From an uncultured virus (IMG/VR IMGVR_UViG_3300030328_001585) (lineage: Duplodnaviria > Heunggongvirae > Uroviricota > Caudoviricetes): 64,000 bases of DNA. The stretch is taken from the IMG/VR virus record IMGVR_UViG_3300030328_001585. One strand, 5' to 3'. The notes beneath the pieces were generated by a model. That model worked only from the letters and a program-made list of their open reading frames with translations, ran no database searches and was not told the DNA's origin. Of this stretch, positions 28,776 to 38,310 are shown piece after piece (the stretch's first letter is position 1; every line of letters begins with the position of its first letter). Made by a program: the position numbers and the translations under genes.

Positions 28776-29060
28776 ATGAAAATAACTTTTATAAAGCCTG
28801 AGCTATTCGTTCAGCACAACAGGAACATAGGTATCGTACTCTTCTCAAGAGAACAAGACCAACATGTTAACTTCTTTACAGGAGATATGGAACATAAGCG
28901 TGTCAATCGTAATGAATTAGGCTCACCAAGTATGAATTACTTAGAAGCAGAGCTATTAACTAATGAGTCATTAAGACTCTTAGCCGTAGATAATAATATA
29001 ATAACCCTTAACTATCAACAGAGTCTAGACTTCTTAGAGTATGCTGTTAGTTATAATTAA
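28776..29060 (+). CDS. Hypothetical protein
   Basis: 94-aa ORF with an A-rich leader. Confidence 0.7.
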   Translation: MKITFIKPELFVQHNRNIGIVLFSREQDQHVNFFTGDMEHKRVNRNELGSPSMNYLEAELLTNESLRLLAVDNNIITLNYQQSLDFLEYAVSYN

Positions 29061-29070
29061 ACTCGCTATA

Positions 29071-29223
29071 ATGAAAAGAATAATATACTTTATGGTGTTC
29101 CTATTTATAGCAGCACCCATCTTCCAGTCTTGTGGGTCATCAAGATCGTGCAAGTCATCAGAATATAGAGGCAAACCAGTTAAATGCTGGAACGCACAGA
29201 AACAAAGATACGTAAGATGCTAA
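29071..29223 (+). CDS. Small predicted lipoprotein
   Basis: MKRIIYFMVFLFIAAPIFQS-C signal peptide and lipobox; 50 aa. Confidence 0.7.
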   Translation: MKRIIYFMVFLFIAAPIFQSCGSSRSCKSSEYRGKPVKCWNAQKQRYVRC

Positions 29224-29241
29224 CCTAATAAAATTAATCAA

Positions 29242-29577
29242 ATGTCAAAATCACTTAAGAAAATACTAAAAGAGACGCTATGTGTACTCGTACCTGTAAT
29301 AGGTATTGTATGTGCACTGCATTATATAATAAACAACCCAGGATTATTCTTGGGTTGGAAGATTCTAATAGGAATAGTAACACTAGCAGTGTTTATTAAC
29401 CTTATTATATATTTATTCATTAAACCCAATGATGTTACCGTAAGCCTTACACCAATCTTAGGATGTGGTATAGGATATGGAGACTTTAACTACTATGAGA
29501 AAGAGGTAATGTTTTTATTACCATTTATTATGATACAGTTTAAGTATCCAAAAGATAGAACAGGACACAGATTATAG
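29242..29577 (+). CDS. Membrane protein
   Basis: Two hydrophobic helices followed by a beta-rich C-terminus. Confidence 0.7.
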   Translation: MSKSLKKILKETLCVLVPVIGIVCALHYIINNPGLFLGWKILIGIVTLAVFINLIIYLFIKPNDVTVSLTPILGCGIGYGDFNYYEKEVMFLLPFIMIQFKYPKDRTGHRL

Positions 29578-29772
29578 TCCTAACTCTATGATGTATAATA
29601 GACTAACAGTACCAGTATTATAATTAGATATTAATACTAGTGAGTTAGGTCTTGAAGATTGTTAATTGTGGTTAGAGTGGTAACCCTTGATATGGCACCT
29701 GTAGATTTTTTTACGTTTTCATAATAAACTTGTTTATCTACAGGTGTCCTCTATCTTTAATAAAAATTAAAT

Positions 29773-30264
29773 ATGGCAAATAAATTAAATATAACAGAAG
29801 ATGTACTAAATAAATTAATTGAGAACGTTCTAAATGTACAATGTGAACATAACTCTCAGCACATAGTACAAATATTATTAAGAGAATTACCTGATTATAC
29901 TAAAGAAACTATACTACACTTAGCATGTGTAGGTAAAAAGTATGAACCAGTATACCCAGGAGACTATGTTAAAGTACAACCTCCAAACTATCATGCAGGG
30001 TCAGAGTTTGAATGGGACGTATTAACGGACCTTAAACTAAATCCAGGAGATGGTATGGTGTATGCTTTAGTTGAAGATGATTGTTCGTGGTCAACAGATA
30101 AAAAGTATAACCCTTTCTATTCAATGATAAAGGTTAGCCTAATGTATCATAACAAAAAAAGTGAGATGGTGTTCATGGAATATGATTTTTCACCAGTAGA
30201 TTTAATTAAAGTAGCAGAAGAAGACATTAAATACTTTGATATAATACACCAATTAGATGCCTAG
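29773..30264 (+). CDS. Hypothetical protein
   Basis: 163-aa ORF. Confidence 0.75.
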   Translation: MANKLNITEDVLNKLIENVLNVQCEHNSQHIVQILLRELPDYTKETILHLACVGKKYEPVYPGDYVKVQPPNYHAGSEFEWDVLTDLKLNPGDGMVYALVEDDCSWSTDKKYNPFYSMIKVSLMYHNKKSEMVFMEYDFSPVDLIKVAEEDIKYFDIIHQLDA

Positions 30265-30442
30265 GCTGTCTAAATCACTAGTTATACATGAGTATAACAG
30301 GAGAAAGGATAGACCGGCAGGCACCTTTGGACCATATATGGTAAACAAATACTTCTTAACTGACGTAGCATTAGCTGAAGAAGCAGATGATAATATGGCA
30401 ATGTTAAGATTACTGAAAGATCATGTACAAAAAGAAAAATAA
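30257..30442 (+). CDS. Hypothetical protein
   Basis: 61-aa ORF overlapping both neighbours. Confidence 0.6.
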   Translation: MPRLSKSLVIHEYNRRKDRPAGTFGPYMVNKYFLTDVALAEEADDNMAMLRLLKDHVQKEK

Positions 30443-30680
30443 AAAAAGATTTGGGATAGTAAAAGACTTAGTAATGTCTGACCCAAGTCTATCTATACAA
30501 GCAAAAGGACTATATGCTTTATTGTCCTGTTATGCAGATAAAGATAGGGAATGTTTTCCGTCATTATCAACCTTGGCTGATAGCCTCAACGTTACTCCTG
30601 ATAGTATCAGTAGGTATATTAGAGAGTTAAAAGCCAATAAATATATAAAAAGAGTAGGAAGAAAGCTAATTATAATTTAA
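30423..30680 (+). CDS. Helix-turn-helix DNA-binding protein (HTH_36-like)
   Basis: 'LSIQAKGLYALL...CFPSLSTLADSLNVTPDSISRYIREL...YIKR'. Confidence 0.8.
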   Translation: MYKKKNKKRFGIVKDLVMSDPSLSIQAKGLYALLSCYADKDRECFPSLSTLADSLNVTPDSISRYIRELKANKYIKRVGRKLIII

Positions 30681-30762
30681 CGTTAGCTATTATACTGCAA
30701 TTTTTTTTTGAATTTAGACTAATAAATCTAAATATTATTCCCTCAGACAGGTTTTAATATTA

Positions 30763-30770
30763 TACTTTTG
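30763..30770 (+). promoter_or_regulatory. Bacteroidota-type -7 element TACTTTTG
   Basis: TAnnTTTG about 20 bp upstream of the start at 30790. Confidence 0.5.
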
Positions 30771-30789
30771 TTGTTAGAATAAACAGCAA

Positions 30790-31062
30790 ATGATAATACA
30801 ATTACCCAATGGTAGGATAATAGAATGCTCACTGGAGCAGTACTTAGCATTGTCAGATGAAGAGTACAATGACCTTAATGGTCTAAGTTCAGCTTATACT
30901 AAAGAAGTGGGTAATCCTTTTTACAACAGCTGTTTAAATACAACTACACCGCCTGAAATCAAACAATCAGTAGAATATATTGAAGAGTTTGAACCAGCCT
31001 TAGATGAAATAAACGCTTTTGAAAAATTGGATGACCCGTATTTCCATTCAGATGATATATAA
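30790..31062 (+). CDS. Acidic hypothetical protein
   Basis: 90-aa ORF. Confidence 0.75.
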   Translation: MIIQLPNGRIIECSLEQYLALSDEEYNDLNGLSSAYTKEVGNPFYNSCLNTTTPPEIKQSVEYIEEFEPALDEINAFEKLDDPYFHSDDI

Positions 31063-31103
31063 TCATCAATAAAATCAATTATTAATCACTAAATACTTTA
31101 AAA

Positions 31104-31670
31104 ATGCAAGGAAACGTAAGTATCATTGCTGATGACATGGGTAATGTTATCAGACAATCAAACAACAATCCAGAGTACGGTTATGTAAGACTGACTCAAC
31201 AAAGAGTAACCTTTGGAAACAATGGTTGGGTAAAAAATAGTAACCTATCAACATTATTGTTAGGTAAACTAGAAGACCTACAAGCTCTAGATTTAACAAC
31301 AGACACTAAATTACCAGGTAAAATTGTAATTAAGGAGTCTTTATCACCATTTAGTTCAACTGAACCAGACAGAGATCTTAAATATGCAGGAGATACAGGT
31401 ATTGTATGCTGTGTAGATGGACAACCTATTTATAGGAAAACAGTTTTTACAGCTGATGCGTACTCAGAAGATGAACTAATAGCTCACACTAATGGACAAG
31501 ACATTAGAGAAGCTAATGGCATTACTAGTCAAGTGAAAATGAAGGAAGATGTAAAGCCTGAAGAAGCATTTGATGTTGATAACCAAGATGATGAGGTAAG
31601 TAATGACAGTGAAGAAGTTGTTGAAGAGAAAGTAGAAGAGCTTGAAGAAGCAGAAACTTTTGAATTATAA
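31104..31670 (+). CDS. Hypothetical protein, possibly ssDNA-binding
   Basis: Beta-rich N-terminus and a long acidic tail ending in FEL. Confidence 0.6.
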   Translation: MQGNVSIIADDMGNVIRQSNNNPEYGYVRLTQQRVTFGNNGWVKNSNLSTLLLGKLEDLQALDLTTDTKLPGKIVIKESLSPFSSTEPDRDLKYAGDTGIVCCVDGQPIYRKTVFTADAYSEDELIAHTNGQDIREANGITSQVKMKEDVKPEEAFDVDNQDDEVSNDSEEVVEEKVEELEEAETFEL

Positions 31671-31788
31671 TAACTTTTAGACTTTAGATAAGAGGGAATC
31701 CTGGGTTGTACGGTAATTTATTACCTGCCAGGCCCTCTAATCTATTATACCACTCACTGAATTACTCACTAAATACCACTAAATCATC

Positions 31789-32313
31789 ATGTTATCACAA
31801 AATCAATTAACAAAACTGAATAACCAACAGCAATTAAATCTTCTCAAGAAAAGGGAAGAACGCTATCACTATTATGGTATATTAACTGAATACCAGCTAC
31901 ATCCACCATCAATAGTAAACTCTTTAAACTATTCTAAACTTAATCCATATCAACATTTTTTATTTAAACGTGTATTACATGGATTAAAAGTTTATAAACC
32001 TGAAGAAGTTAGAAAACTTCACTGGGATAAAAAACGTAGAATAACTAAAGTATGGAAAAGAGCTCAAAGAGAGATCAATGCATGGAAGCAAATGATTTGT
32101 AATAAGAAAATAAATCATTATCTTAGTAAAACTTTTACAGGCAAGACAGTAGAATATATCATATCAGTACCAGTTGAAGACTTCTTAGAAGACTATCATA
32201 ACACTATGACCTTCAAAGCTTTAGGTATAACGTATGAAGATGTAATACTAAAATTTATGTCATTAGGTCTCTTGCCAAGAAACTTTTTTACAATAAAAGC
32301 CAATGGGCATTAG
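31789..32313 (+). CDS. Hypothetical basic protein
   Basis: 174-aa ORF. Confidence 0.75.
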   Translation: MLSQNQLTKLNNQQQLNLLKKREERYHYYGILTEYQLHPPSIVNSLNYSKLNPYQHFLFKRVLHGLKVYKPEEVRKLHWDKKRRITKVWKRAQREINAWKQMICNKKINHYLSKTFTGKTVEYIISVPVEDFLEDYHNTMTFKALGITYEDVILKFMSLGLLPRNFFTIKANGH

Positions 32314-32584
32314 AAACTTTTCTAAAAAGATGCAGAAAGCAAATGCAGCCTACAAGAAATTACGTGGGCCGTATTTGCTTGAACATCCAATATGTCACGC
32401 AAAAATTAATAACTGTACAATACACTCCACAGATGTACACCACAAAAAAGGTAGAGGTGTAAACTACTTAAATGTAGATACATGGTTGCCTGTATGTAGA
32501 AACTGTCACATGTGGATAGAAGAAAATACAGTAGAAGCAATAGAGCTAGGGTTTTCAACACCTAGAACTTATGATCAAGAATAA
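32303..32584 (+). CDS. HNH-family endonuclease-like protein
   Basis: C...C...DVHH.KGRG...VCRNCH motifs. Confidence 0.75.
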   Translation: MGIRNFSKKMQKANAAYKKLRGPYLLEHPICHAKINNCTIHSTDVHHKKGRGVNYLNVDTWLPVCRNCHMWIEENTVEAIELGFSTPRTYDQE

Positions 32585-32590
32585 AATATT

Positions 32591-33694
32591 ATGAATAATA
32601 GAGAGATTGTCCAAGCTGATGCATTAGCAATAGCTATAAAAAATAAAAGATGTGGACTTGGTATATCCATGGGTGTAGGTAAAACTAGAATTGCTATACA
32701 ACATCTACATGAAAATTACCATTCACTTATAACTGCTCTAGTTGTAATACCTAAACTGTCTATTAAAGATAGTTGGGTTGATGAACTAAGTATAAGCACT
32801 AAATACTGTGGTCTATTAGATCATATAACATTTACAACATATTTATCATTAAAGAAACATAACCCAAATGATTATGATATAGTATATCTAGATGAATGTC
32901 ATTCATTACTACCAAGTCATGAAGAGTTTTTATCTAACTTCAAAGGAAAAATATTAGGTTTAACCGGTACACCTCCAAGGAATAGACATTCTGATAAGGG
33001 AAGGTTAGTACAAAAGTATTGTCCTATGAAATATCTATTTGATGTAGATAAAGCTACAGACTCTAAGATATTAAATGATTATCAGATCATTATACATGAG
33101 TTATCATTATCAAAACTTCCAACTTTAAAGAAAACTAATAAACAAGGAGGTCATTGGTGGACTACAGAGTATAAAGATTATGAATATGTAACAGGAAGAT
33201 GTAGAGATGCACAGACTCAAAAACAAAAACAGTTTGCTGCAATCATGAGAATGAGAGCACTGATGGAATATAACACTAAAGAGATATATACTAAATCCTT
33301 ATTAAGTAATATGAATGATAAGTGTATTATATTTGCTAACACACAGAAACAAGCAGATAGAGTATGTAAACATAGTTATCATTCAACAAATAAAAAATCA
33401 GATGATAATCTAGAAATGTTTATTGACGGAAGGATTCATCAATTATCTTGTGTGTTACAACTATCAGAGGGTGTAACTATTAAAAACCTTAAGCAAGGGA
33501 TCATTATGCATGCATATGGTAATGAGAAAAAGACTGCTCAAAGGATAGGACGGTTACTAAGACTGAATCCAACAGAACGTTCCACGTGTCATATATTATG
33601 TTATAAAGGAACCCAAGATGAAAGATGGATAGCCTCTGCATTAAAAGACTTTGATGAAAATAAAATTAAATACTATAACCCTTTAAATAGATAA
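32591..33694 (+). CDS. Superfamily 2 (DExH) helicase
   Basis: MGVGKT, DECH, GLTGT and QRIGRLLR motifs. Confidence 0.9.
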   Translation: MNNREIVQADALAIAIKNKRCGLGISMGVGKTRIAIQHLHENYHSLITALVVIPKLSIKDSWVDELSISTKYCGLLDHITFTTYLSLKKHNPNDYDIVYLDECHSLLPSHEEFLSNFKGKILGLTGTPPRNRHSDKGRLVQKYCPMKYLFDVDKATDSKILNDYQIIIHELSLSKLPTLKKTNKQGGHWWTTEYKDYEYVTGRCRDAQTQKQKQFAAIMRMRALMEYNTKEIYTKSLLSNMNDKCIIFANTQKQADRVCKHSYHSTNKKSDDNLEMFIDGRIHQLSCVLQLSEGVTIKNLKQGIIMHAYGNEKKTAQRIGRLLRLNPTERSTCHILCYKGTQDERWIASALKDFDENKIKYYNPLNR

Positions 33695-33696
33695 CT

Positions 33697-33957
33697 ATGG
33701 GAAAAATGAAAGCAATATTTATGAAGATGTTAGAAGAAGAGTATAAAGGAGATCCTGATGCATACATTCAAGAAATGGCTAGAGTAAGTCTTGAAGAGGT
33801 GATAGAAGAATCATATGATGTAGTTACTAAACACGTATGTCCTAACTGTCATGATAAGTCATACCTTCATAGTATGATTCAAAAAGAAGATGAAGTTGAA
33901 TGTTTAGATTGTGGACAACAGTATATTGAAGTAGATAACGCATTAAGATTTAAATAA
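33697..33957 (+). CDS. Zinc-ribbon hypothetical protein
   Basis: CPNC...CLDCG. Confidence 0.7.
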   Translation: MGKMKAIFMKMLEEEYKGDPDAYIQEMARVSLEEVIEESYDVVTKHVCPNCHDKSYLHSMIQKEDEVECLDCGQQYIEVDNALRFK

Positions 33958-34217
33958 TGGATACATTTGAATATATACATGAAGGAATAAAATTAGAAAT
34001 AGAATATAAATACACACCGGGAGAGAAAGCTATAACATATTATGGTGATGGCAGTGGTTATCCTGGGAGTGGTCCTGTTATAACAATACATCATATATGG
34101 ACAGCCCTTTCAGATAATAGGGGACATCTAATTACGGTAGATGTAATAGATATAGTTCAAGCAGATGGTCTTGATTTAGATGTATTGGAAGAGGACATAT
34201 TAGAATCAATAGAGTAA
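33957..34217 (+). CDS. Hypothetical protein
   Basis: 86-aa acidic ORF with a 'DGSGYPG' motif; 1-bp overlap with the upstream gene. Confidence 0.7.
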   Translation: MDTFEYIHEGIKLEIEYKYTPGEKAITYYGDGSGYPGSGPVITIHHIWTALSDNRGHLITVDVIDIVQADGLDLDVLEEDILESIE

Positions 34218-34304
34218 CAAGTTATTACGGGGGAGTGTGCATAAAGGCATAAGCCAACAACACGTTAATACTATTGTACATTCCCACGTAATAAAATAAA
34301 AAAA

Positions 34305-34502
34305 ATGAAACATTTCACTAACAACGGTAAAGAATATATTAGAAAGAATTACCCAAATATTTATAATCATATGACAGAAGAAGATAAAAAATATAGACAA
34401 GGTAGAAGAAAAAAACAAGTAGAGGGCCATGCTATAATGGCACTGATCAGTATAACTGGTGTAATAATAATGCTTATCCTAATGATTTGGTTAACATCAT
34501 GA
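34305..34502 (+). CDS. Small protein with C-terminal TM helix
   Basis: 65 aa with a hydrophobic C-terminus. Confidence 0.65.
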   Translation: MKHFTNNGKEYIRKNYPNIYNHMTEEDKKYRQGRRKKQVEGHAIMALISITGVIIMLILMIWLTS

Positions 34503-34882
34503 AAGATCAATTATTTATAGAAGCAAAAATAAAAGATGGAAAGTTACATTTCCCTATAAAAGCCTATGAAACTAAATATAATAATTTCTTAAAGAACCAA
34601 CCAGAAGGTGCTCGTATAGAATTATTTATAGGAGTTCAAGATGGTAAAGGTAGTAATCCTCAGCTAGCAAGAATACATGCTATGATCAGAGAGATAGCTA
34701 ATGAGTTAGGATATACCTTTGAAGAAATAAAATTACAAGTAAAAAGAAAAGCGGGTCTATGTTTTATGAAGAATAATGTAGAGTTCTGTAAATCTTTTGC
34801 TAAGTGTGATAAAGAAGAATTAAATCTTGCTATTCAAGCAGCTATGGAAATAGGAGATTTTGGAGGTATGCAATTAAGATAA
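34499..34882 (+). CDS. NinB/DUF1367-like protein
   Basis: 'SNPQLARIHAMIREIANELGYTFEEIK' pattern; likely start at ATG 34499. Confidence 0.55.
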   Translation: MKDQLFIEAKIKDGKLHFPIKAYETKYNNFLKNQPEGARIELFIGVQDGKGSNPQLARIHAMIREIANELGYTFEEIKLQVKRKAGLCFMKNNVEFCKSFAKCDKEELNLAIQAAMEIGDFGGMQLR

Positions 34883-35017
34883 CTAATAAAATACAGCGTA
34901 TACCTTTACACCGTTTTTAGTTTGACTAATCAAATCTTTTCTTTTAGGTAAAGTTTCTTTATTAGAATCTTTAGGTAAGTATTTAGGATTGGTGGAGTTA
35001 AGCTTTCTTTTCTTCAT
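34883..35017 (-). CDS. Small basic hypothetical protein (44 aa, below the ORF-track cutoff)
   Basis: MKKRKLNSTNPKYLPKDSNKETLPKRKDLISQTKNGVKVYAVFY*; fills the gap exactly. Confidence 0.55.
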   Translation of the reverse strand: MKKRKLNSTNPKYLPKDSNKETLPKRKDLISQTKNGVKVYAVFY

Positions 35018-35429
35018 TAGGTTTGTATTCATCAATTTTTTTTGCAAGATGTTGCATAGACTCTACAAGACTACCTTTTTTCTTTGCTTCTTCTGCAAAC
35101 TCTTTTAGTTTCTCATCATCTACAGGAATTTCACTTAATTGTTCAAGATTTTGATCTTTTGCAAATGATTTAAATAAGTGAGTTAAAGAGAATATAGTAT
35201 ATATTTCGTGTTCTAATGGAGTTAAAGTGGCATCATCTCCTGTAATTGTGCCATCTATAATGCCGTGAAACTTAGAAACTAACTCACCCATTTCAGATGC
35301 ATCATTATAGAACTCTGAAATATATCTGTAGTATACATTTTGTAGACCAGGAATAAATGCAGTAGAAACTACAACATCTTTGATCACTTTAGTAAAATCA
35401 TATGATACAACTTTTCTTTCTTCAGACAT
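34998..35429 (-). CDS. Hypothetical protein on the opposite strand inside the replication module
   Basis: Likely start MSEERKVV at 35429, with TATATTTG at 35449-35456. Confidence 0.75.
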   Translation of the reverse strand: MSEERKVVSYDFTKVIKDVVVSTAFIPGLQNVYYRYISEFYNDASEMGELVSKFHGIIDGTITGDDATLTPLEHEIYTIFSLTHLFKSFAKDQNLEQLSEIPVDDEKLKEFAEEAKKKGSLVESMQHLAKKIDEYKPNEEKKA

Positions 35430-35466
35430 AATAATTAAATTTAAAAGACAAATATAATAATAATAT

Positions 35467-36186
35467 ATGAAAAAATTAGATATTGATATAAATAATATTA
35501 GAGAAAAATTAATTGAGAAACTAGAAGACTCTGGGTGGGAACCTGCATTGTCACCATTCATCAATGGATTAAGCTTTGATATAATAATGAACAACTTGGT
35601 ATCTTTAGTAGAATCAGGTAGAAGATTTACACCAAAGTTTAAAGATACAATGAATGCATTTGTAGAGTGTCCTTATGATGATTTAAAAGTTATTATTATT
35701 GGACAAGACCCATATCCACAGCTAGGAGTAGCTGACGGAATAGCATTTAGTTGTAGTAACAAAGGTAAAGCTGAAAAGTCTCTACAATACATACTAAAAC
35801 AAACCATAGGTGATTACACTAAGACAGGTAGAGCTATATATACACCAGAAGAATGTGACTTAAGACGTTGGGCTAACCAGGGCGTGCTGTTACTTAATAC
35901 AGCATTTACAGTAGAAGTAAACAAGATAGGTTCACATATGAATATGTGGAAACCATTTGTAGAGTATATTTTTGATTTACTAAACAGGCATAAAAAAGAT
36001 ATACCTATCATAATGATGGGAAGGAAAGCTGAAGAGTGGGAAAGATACTTAAGTAACCATAAATTATATAAAGTAAGTCATCCAGCATCTGCAGCTTATA
36101 GAGGTGGAGAATGGGATAGTCAAGATGTGTTTAACAAGGTAAATAATCAACTTGAAAAGCAAGGTAAAGATAGGATTGTATGGTAG
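35467..36186 (+). CDS. ung: Uracil-DNA glycosylase (family 1)
   Basis: GQDPY, GIAFS, QGVLLLN and HPAS motifs. Confidence 0.95.
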   Translation: MKKLDIDINNIREKLIEKLEDSGWEPALSPFINGLSFDIIMNNLVSLVESGRRFTPKFKDTMNAFVECPYDDLKVIIIGQDPYPQLGVADGIAFSCSNKGKAEKSLQYILKQTIGDYTKTGRAIYTPEECDLRRWANQGVLLLNTAFTVEVNKIGSHMNMWKPFVEYIFDLLNRHKKDIPIIMMGRKAEEWERYLSNHKLYKVSHPASAAYRGGEWDSQDVFNKVNNQLEKQGKDRIVW

Positions 36187-36193
36187 ATTTTTG

Positions 36194-36201
36194 TATCTTT
36201 G
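36194..36201 (+). promoter_or_regulatory. Bacteroidota-type -7 element TATCTTTG
   Basis: TAnnTTTG 23 bp upstream of the start at 36225. Confidence 0.6.
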
Positions 36202-36224
36202 TAACCAGAAAAAACCAATAAAAT

Positions 36225-36821
36225 ATGTGGGATTTATTACAGGTAATATTAAAAAAAAATGTTACACCTAATCAAGTGTTGTTATTGTTTGGAATGAAGA
36301 AAGGAGTAAGTGTTTCTCCCAAAAATACCAGAGCTGATGACAAACAACATTTAATTTCAATAGGATATTTAGAAGAGATGAATGGTGTATATAAACTTAC
36401 ACCAGAAGCTAAGGCTTTCTTAGTTAGATTAGATAATTATTTTATCAAAGCTAAAAAGAAAACTGATATACAACTTATGGGAAAAGACTTTGTAGATAAG
36501 ATAAATAAATACAGAGAGACATTCCCAGCTAAGAAACTACCAAGCGGTAAACCTGCAAGAAATAATGTTAAAGCTTTAGGAGAAGCATTTAGATGGTTCT
36601 TTGAAACCTATGATTACTCATGGGATGAAATACATAAGGCTACTAGTATGTATGTAAATGAATATAGAGATAAAGATTATTTATATATGCAAACCAGCCA
36701 GTACTTCATTAGTAAACAGGATAAGCATAAAGTTAAACATTCAACACTTGCAGATTATTGTGATATGATACTAGAAGGTGTCAGTACAGAAGAAGATCAT
36801 TTTAAAGAAAACGTAGTATGA
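36225..36821 (+). CDS. Hypothetical protein upstream of DnaB (possible replication initiator or loader)
   Basis: 198 aa, wHTH-like N-terminus, overlaps the dnaB-like gene. Confidence 0.6.
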   Translation: MWDLLQVILKKNVTPNQVLLLFGMKKGVSVSPKNTRADDKQHLISIGYLEEMNGVYKLTPEAKAFLVRLDNYFIKAKKKTDIQLMGKDFVDKINKYRETFPAKKLPSGKPARNNVKALGEAFRWFFETYDYSWDEIHKATSMYVNEYRDKDYLYMQTSQYFISKQDKHKVKHSTLADYCDMILEGVSTEEDHFKENVV

Positions 36822-37771
36822 AAAAAAAGCCATCATGGGTGGGACAATATGCCGCCTTTAATGAAGCACTTAAATATATGTACGCCAGATCAACTGGAGA
36901 GGAGAAATCTATATATACACCATGGCCTAAATTTAATGATGCTACTACTGATGGATTAGAGTGGAATACATTAACTGTAATAGGAGGAAGACCTGGTTCA
37001 GGTAAAACATTAATTAAAGATCAAATTATAAGAGAATCATTTGCTTTAAATCCAAATGATAAATTCAGAGTATTAGAATTTCAATTTGAAATGGTTGGGA
37101 GAACCTCAGCCATTAGAGAGTTTAGTTCTATAACAGGTAAAACATATAAAGAATTATGTAGTGCTGGTAGTATACTAAGTACAGATACTCTTAACCAATG
37201 TCATTTATATGCAAAGGAAAGAGTAAAGCATCCTGTAGATATTGTTTCAACACCTATGACTGTTAATCAAATGCGTGATCAAATAGATCAATACATGACA
37301 GAGCATAAAGGGACCAACACTATGATTACATTAGATCATAGTATGTTAGTTAAAAGAGCACCTTATCAGAATAGTACATTAGATATGCTATTTGAATTAG
37401 GGGAATTCTTTACCCAAGCTAAAAGGGATTATCCTTGTTTATTTATATGTCTATCACAATTAAATAGAAATATAGATAATCCAGATAGAGCAGTAGATGG
37501 AAAATATGGAAACTATATACTTGAATCAGATATATTTGGATCAGATGCAATGCTACAGCATGCGGATACTTTAATAGGTATTAACAGGCCCGCTAAGCAG
37601 AAGATTAGATACTATGGTCCAGATAGATATGTAATTGAAAATGATAGAACATTAGTCTTACATTTCTTAAAAGCCAGAAATGGTGATGCTAGGATGAGTT
37701 TCTTCAAAGCAAAGTTTGAACAAATGCAGATAGAAGAAATGGAAACACCAAGACAACAAGAAAGAAGATGA
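36818..37771 (+). CDS. dnaB: DnaB-like replicative helicase (C-terminal ATPase domain only)
   Basis: GGRPGSGKT, FQFEM, LDH, LSQLNR, ADTLIG and KARNG motifs. Confidence 0.9.
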   Translation: MKKKPSWVGQYAAFNEALKYMYARSTGEEKSIYTPWPKFNDATTDGLEWNTLTVIGGRPGSGKTLIKDQIIRESFALNPNDKFRVLEFQFEMVGRTSAIREFSSITGKTYKELCSAGSILSTDTLNQCHLYAKERVKHPVDIVSTPMTVNQMRDQIDQYMTEHKGTNTMITLDHSMLVKRAPYQNSTLDMLFELGEFFTQAKRDYPCLFICLSQLNRNIDNPDRAVDGKYGNYILESDIFGSDAMLQHADTLIGINRPAKQKIRYYGPDRYVIENDRTLVLHFLKARNGDARMSFFKAKFEQMQIEEMETPRQQERR

Positions 37772-38307
37772 TAAATACTAAAAATATAAATAAAGAAAAT
37801 ATGGGACTAACACCAGCACAACGTAAAGGAAAAGTTGCAAAACTTAGAGAAGAGCATGAAGATTACTTTCAAACAGAAGGTAAAATAAATGCATTATATA
37901 TTCCTAAGATGGCTTATAGACCATCTGGTAAGGATGATCTGCACGTTAGTTTCTTTCCAAGTGAACTGGAAAAGGAACAAGATATATACACAGAGTTTGT
38001 AAGTATAGACTATGACAGTGAAGATCCAAAAAGAACTTTATACCTTCATAAATATAATCCACATTGGAAAGAAGAGTATGAACTAATTACTTCTAGCTCA
38101 GGATTTGTGAGACACATAATTCCTGTAAGTGAGTTAAAAGTAATAAATGATGTAACTAGTAGAGGCAAAGCTATAGTAGACTTTGCTAATCCTAGCTTAC
38201 CTAATCCAGATGATAAGAAGATTGAAGATCCACTAATTAATAAATTAGAAGAGATTAACCAGACTTTAAAATCATTAACAAAAGTAATTAATAAATTAAT
38301 CAAGTAA
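37768..38307 (+). CDS. Hypothetical protein
   Basis: 179-aa ORF in the replication operon. Confidence 0.75.
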   Translation: MINTKNINKENMGLTPAQRKGKVAKLREEHEDYFQTEGKINALYIPKMAYRPSGKDDLHVSFFPSELEKEQDIYTEFVSIDYDSEDPKRTLYLHKYNPHWKEEYELITSSSGFVRHIIPVSELKVINDVTSRGKAIVDFANPSLPNPDDKKIEDPLINKLEEINQTLKSLTKVINKLIK

Positions 38308-38310
38308 ACT

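Noticed and set aside
29579..29649. Three-way junction considered as a hammerhead ribozyme
   Set aside because: It lacks the CUGANGA and GAAA catalytic core; kept only as a generic structured element.
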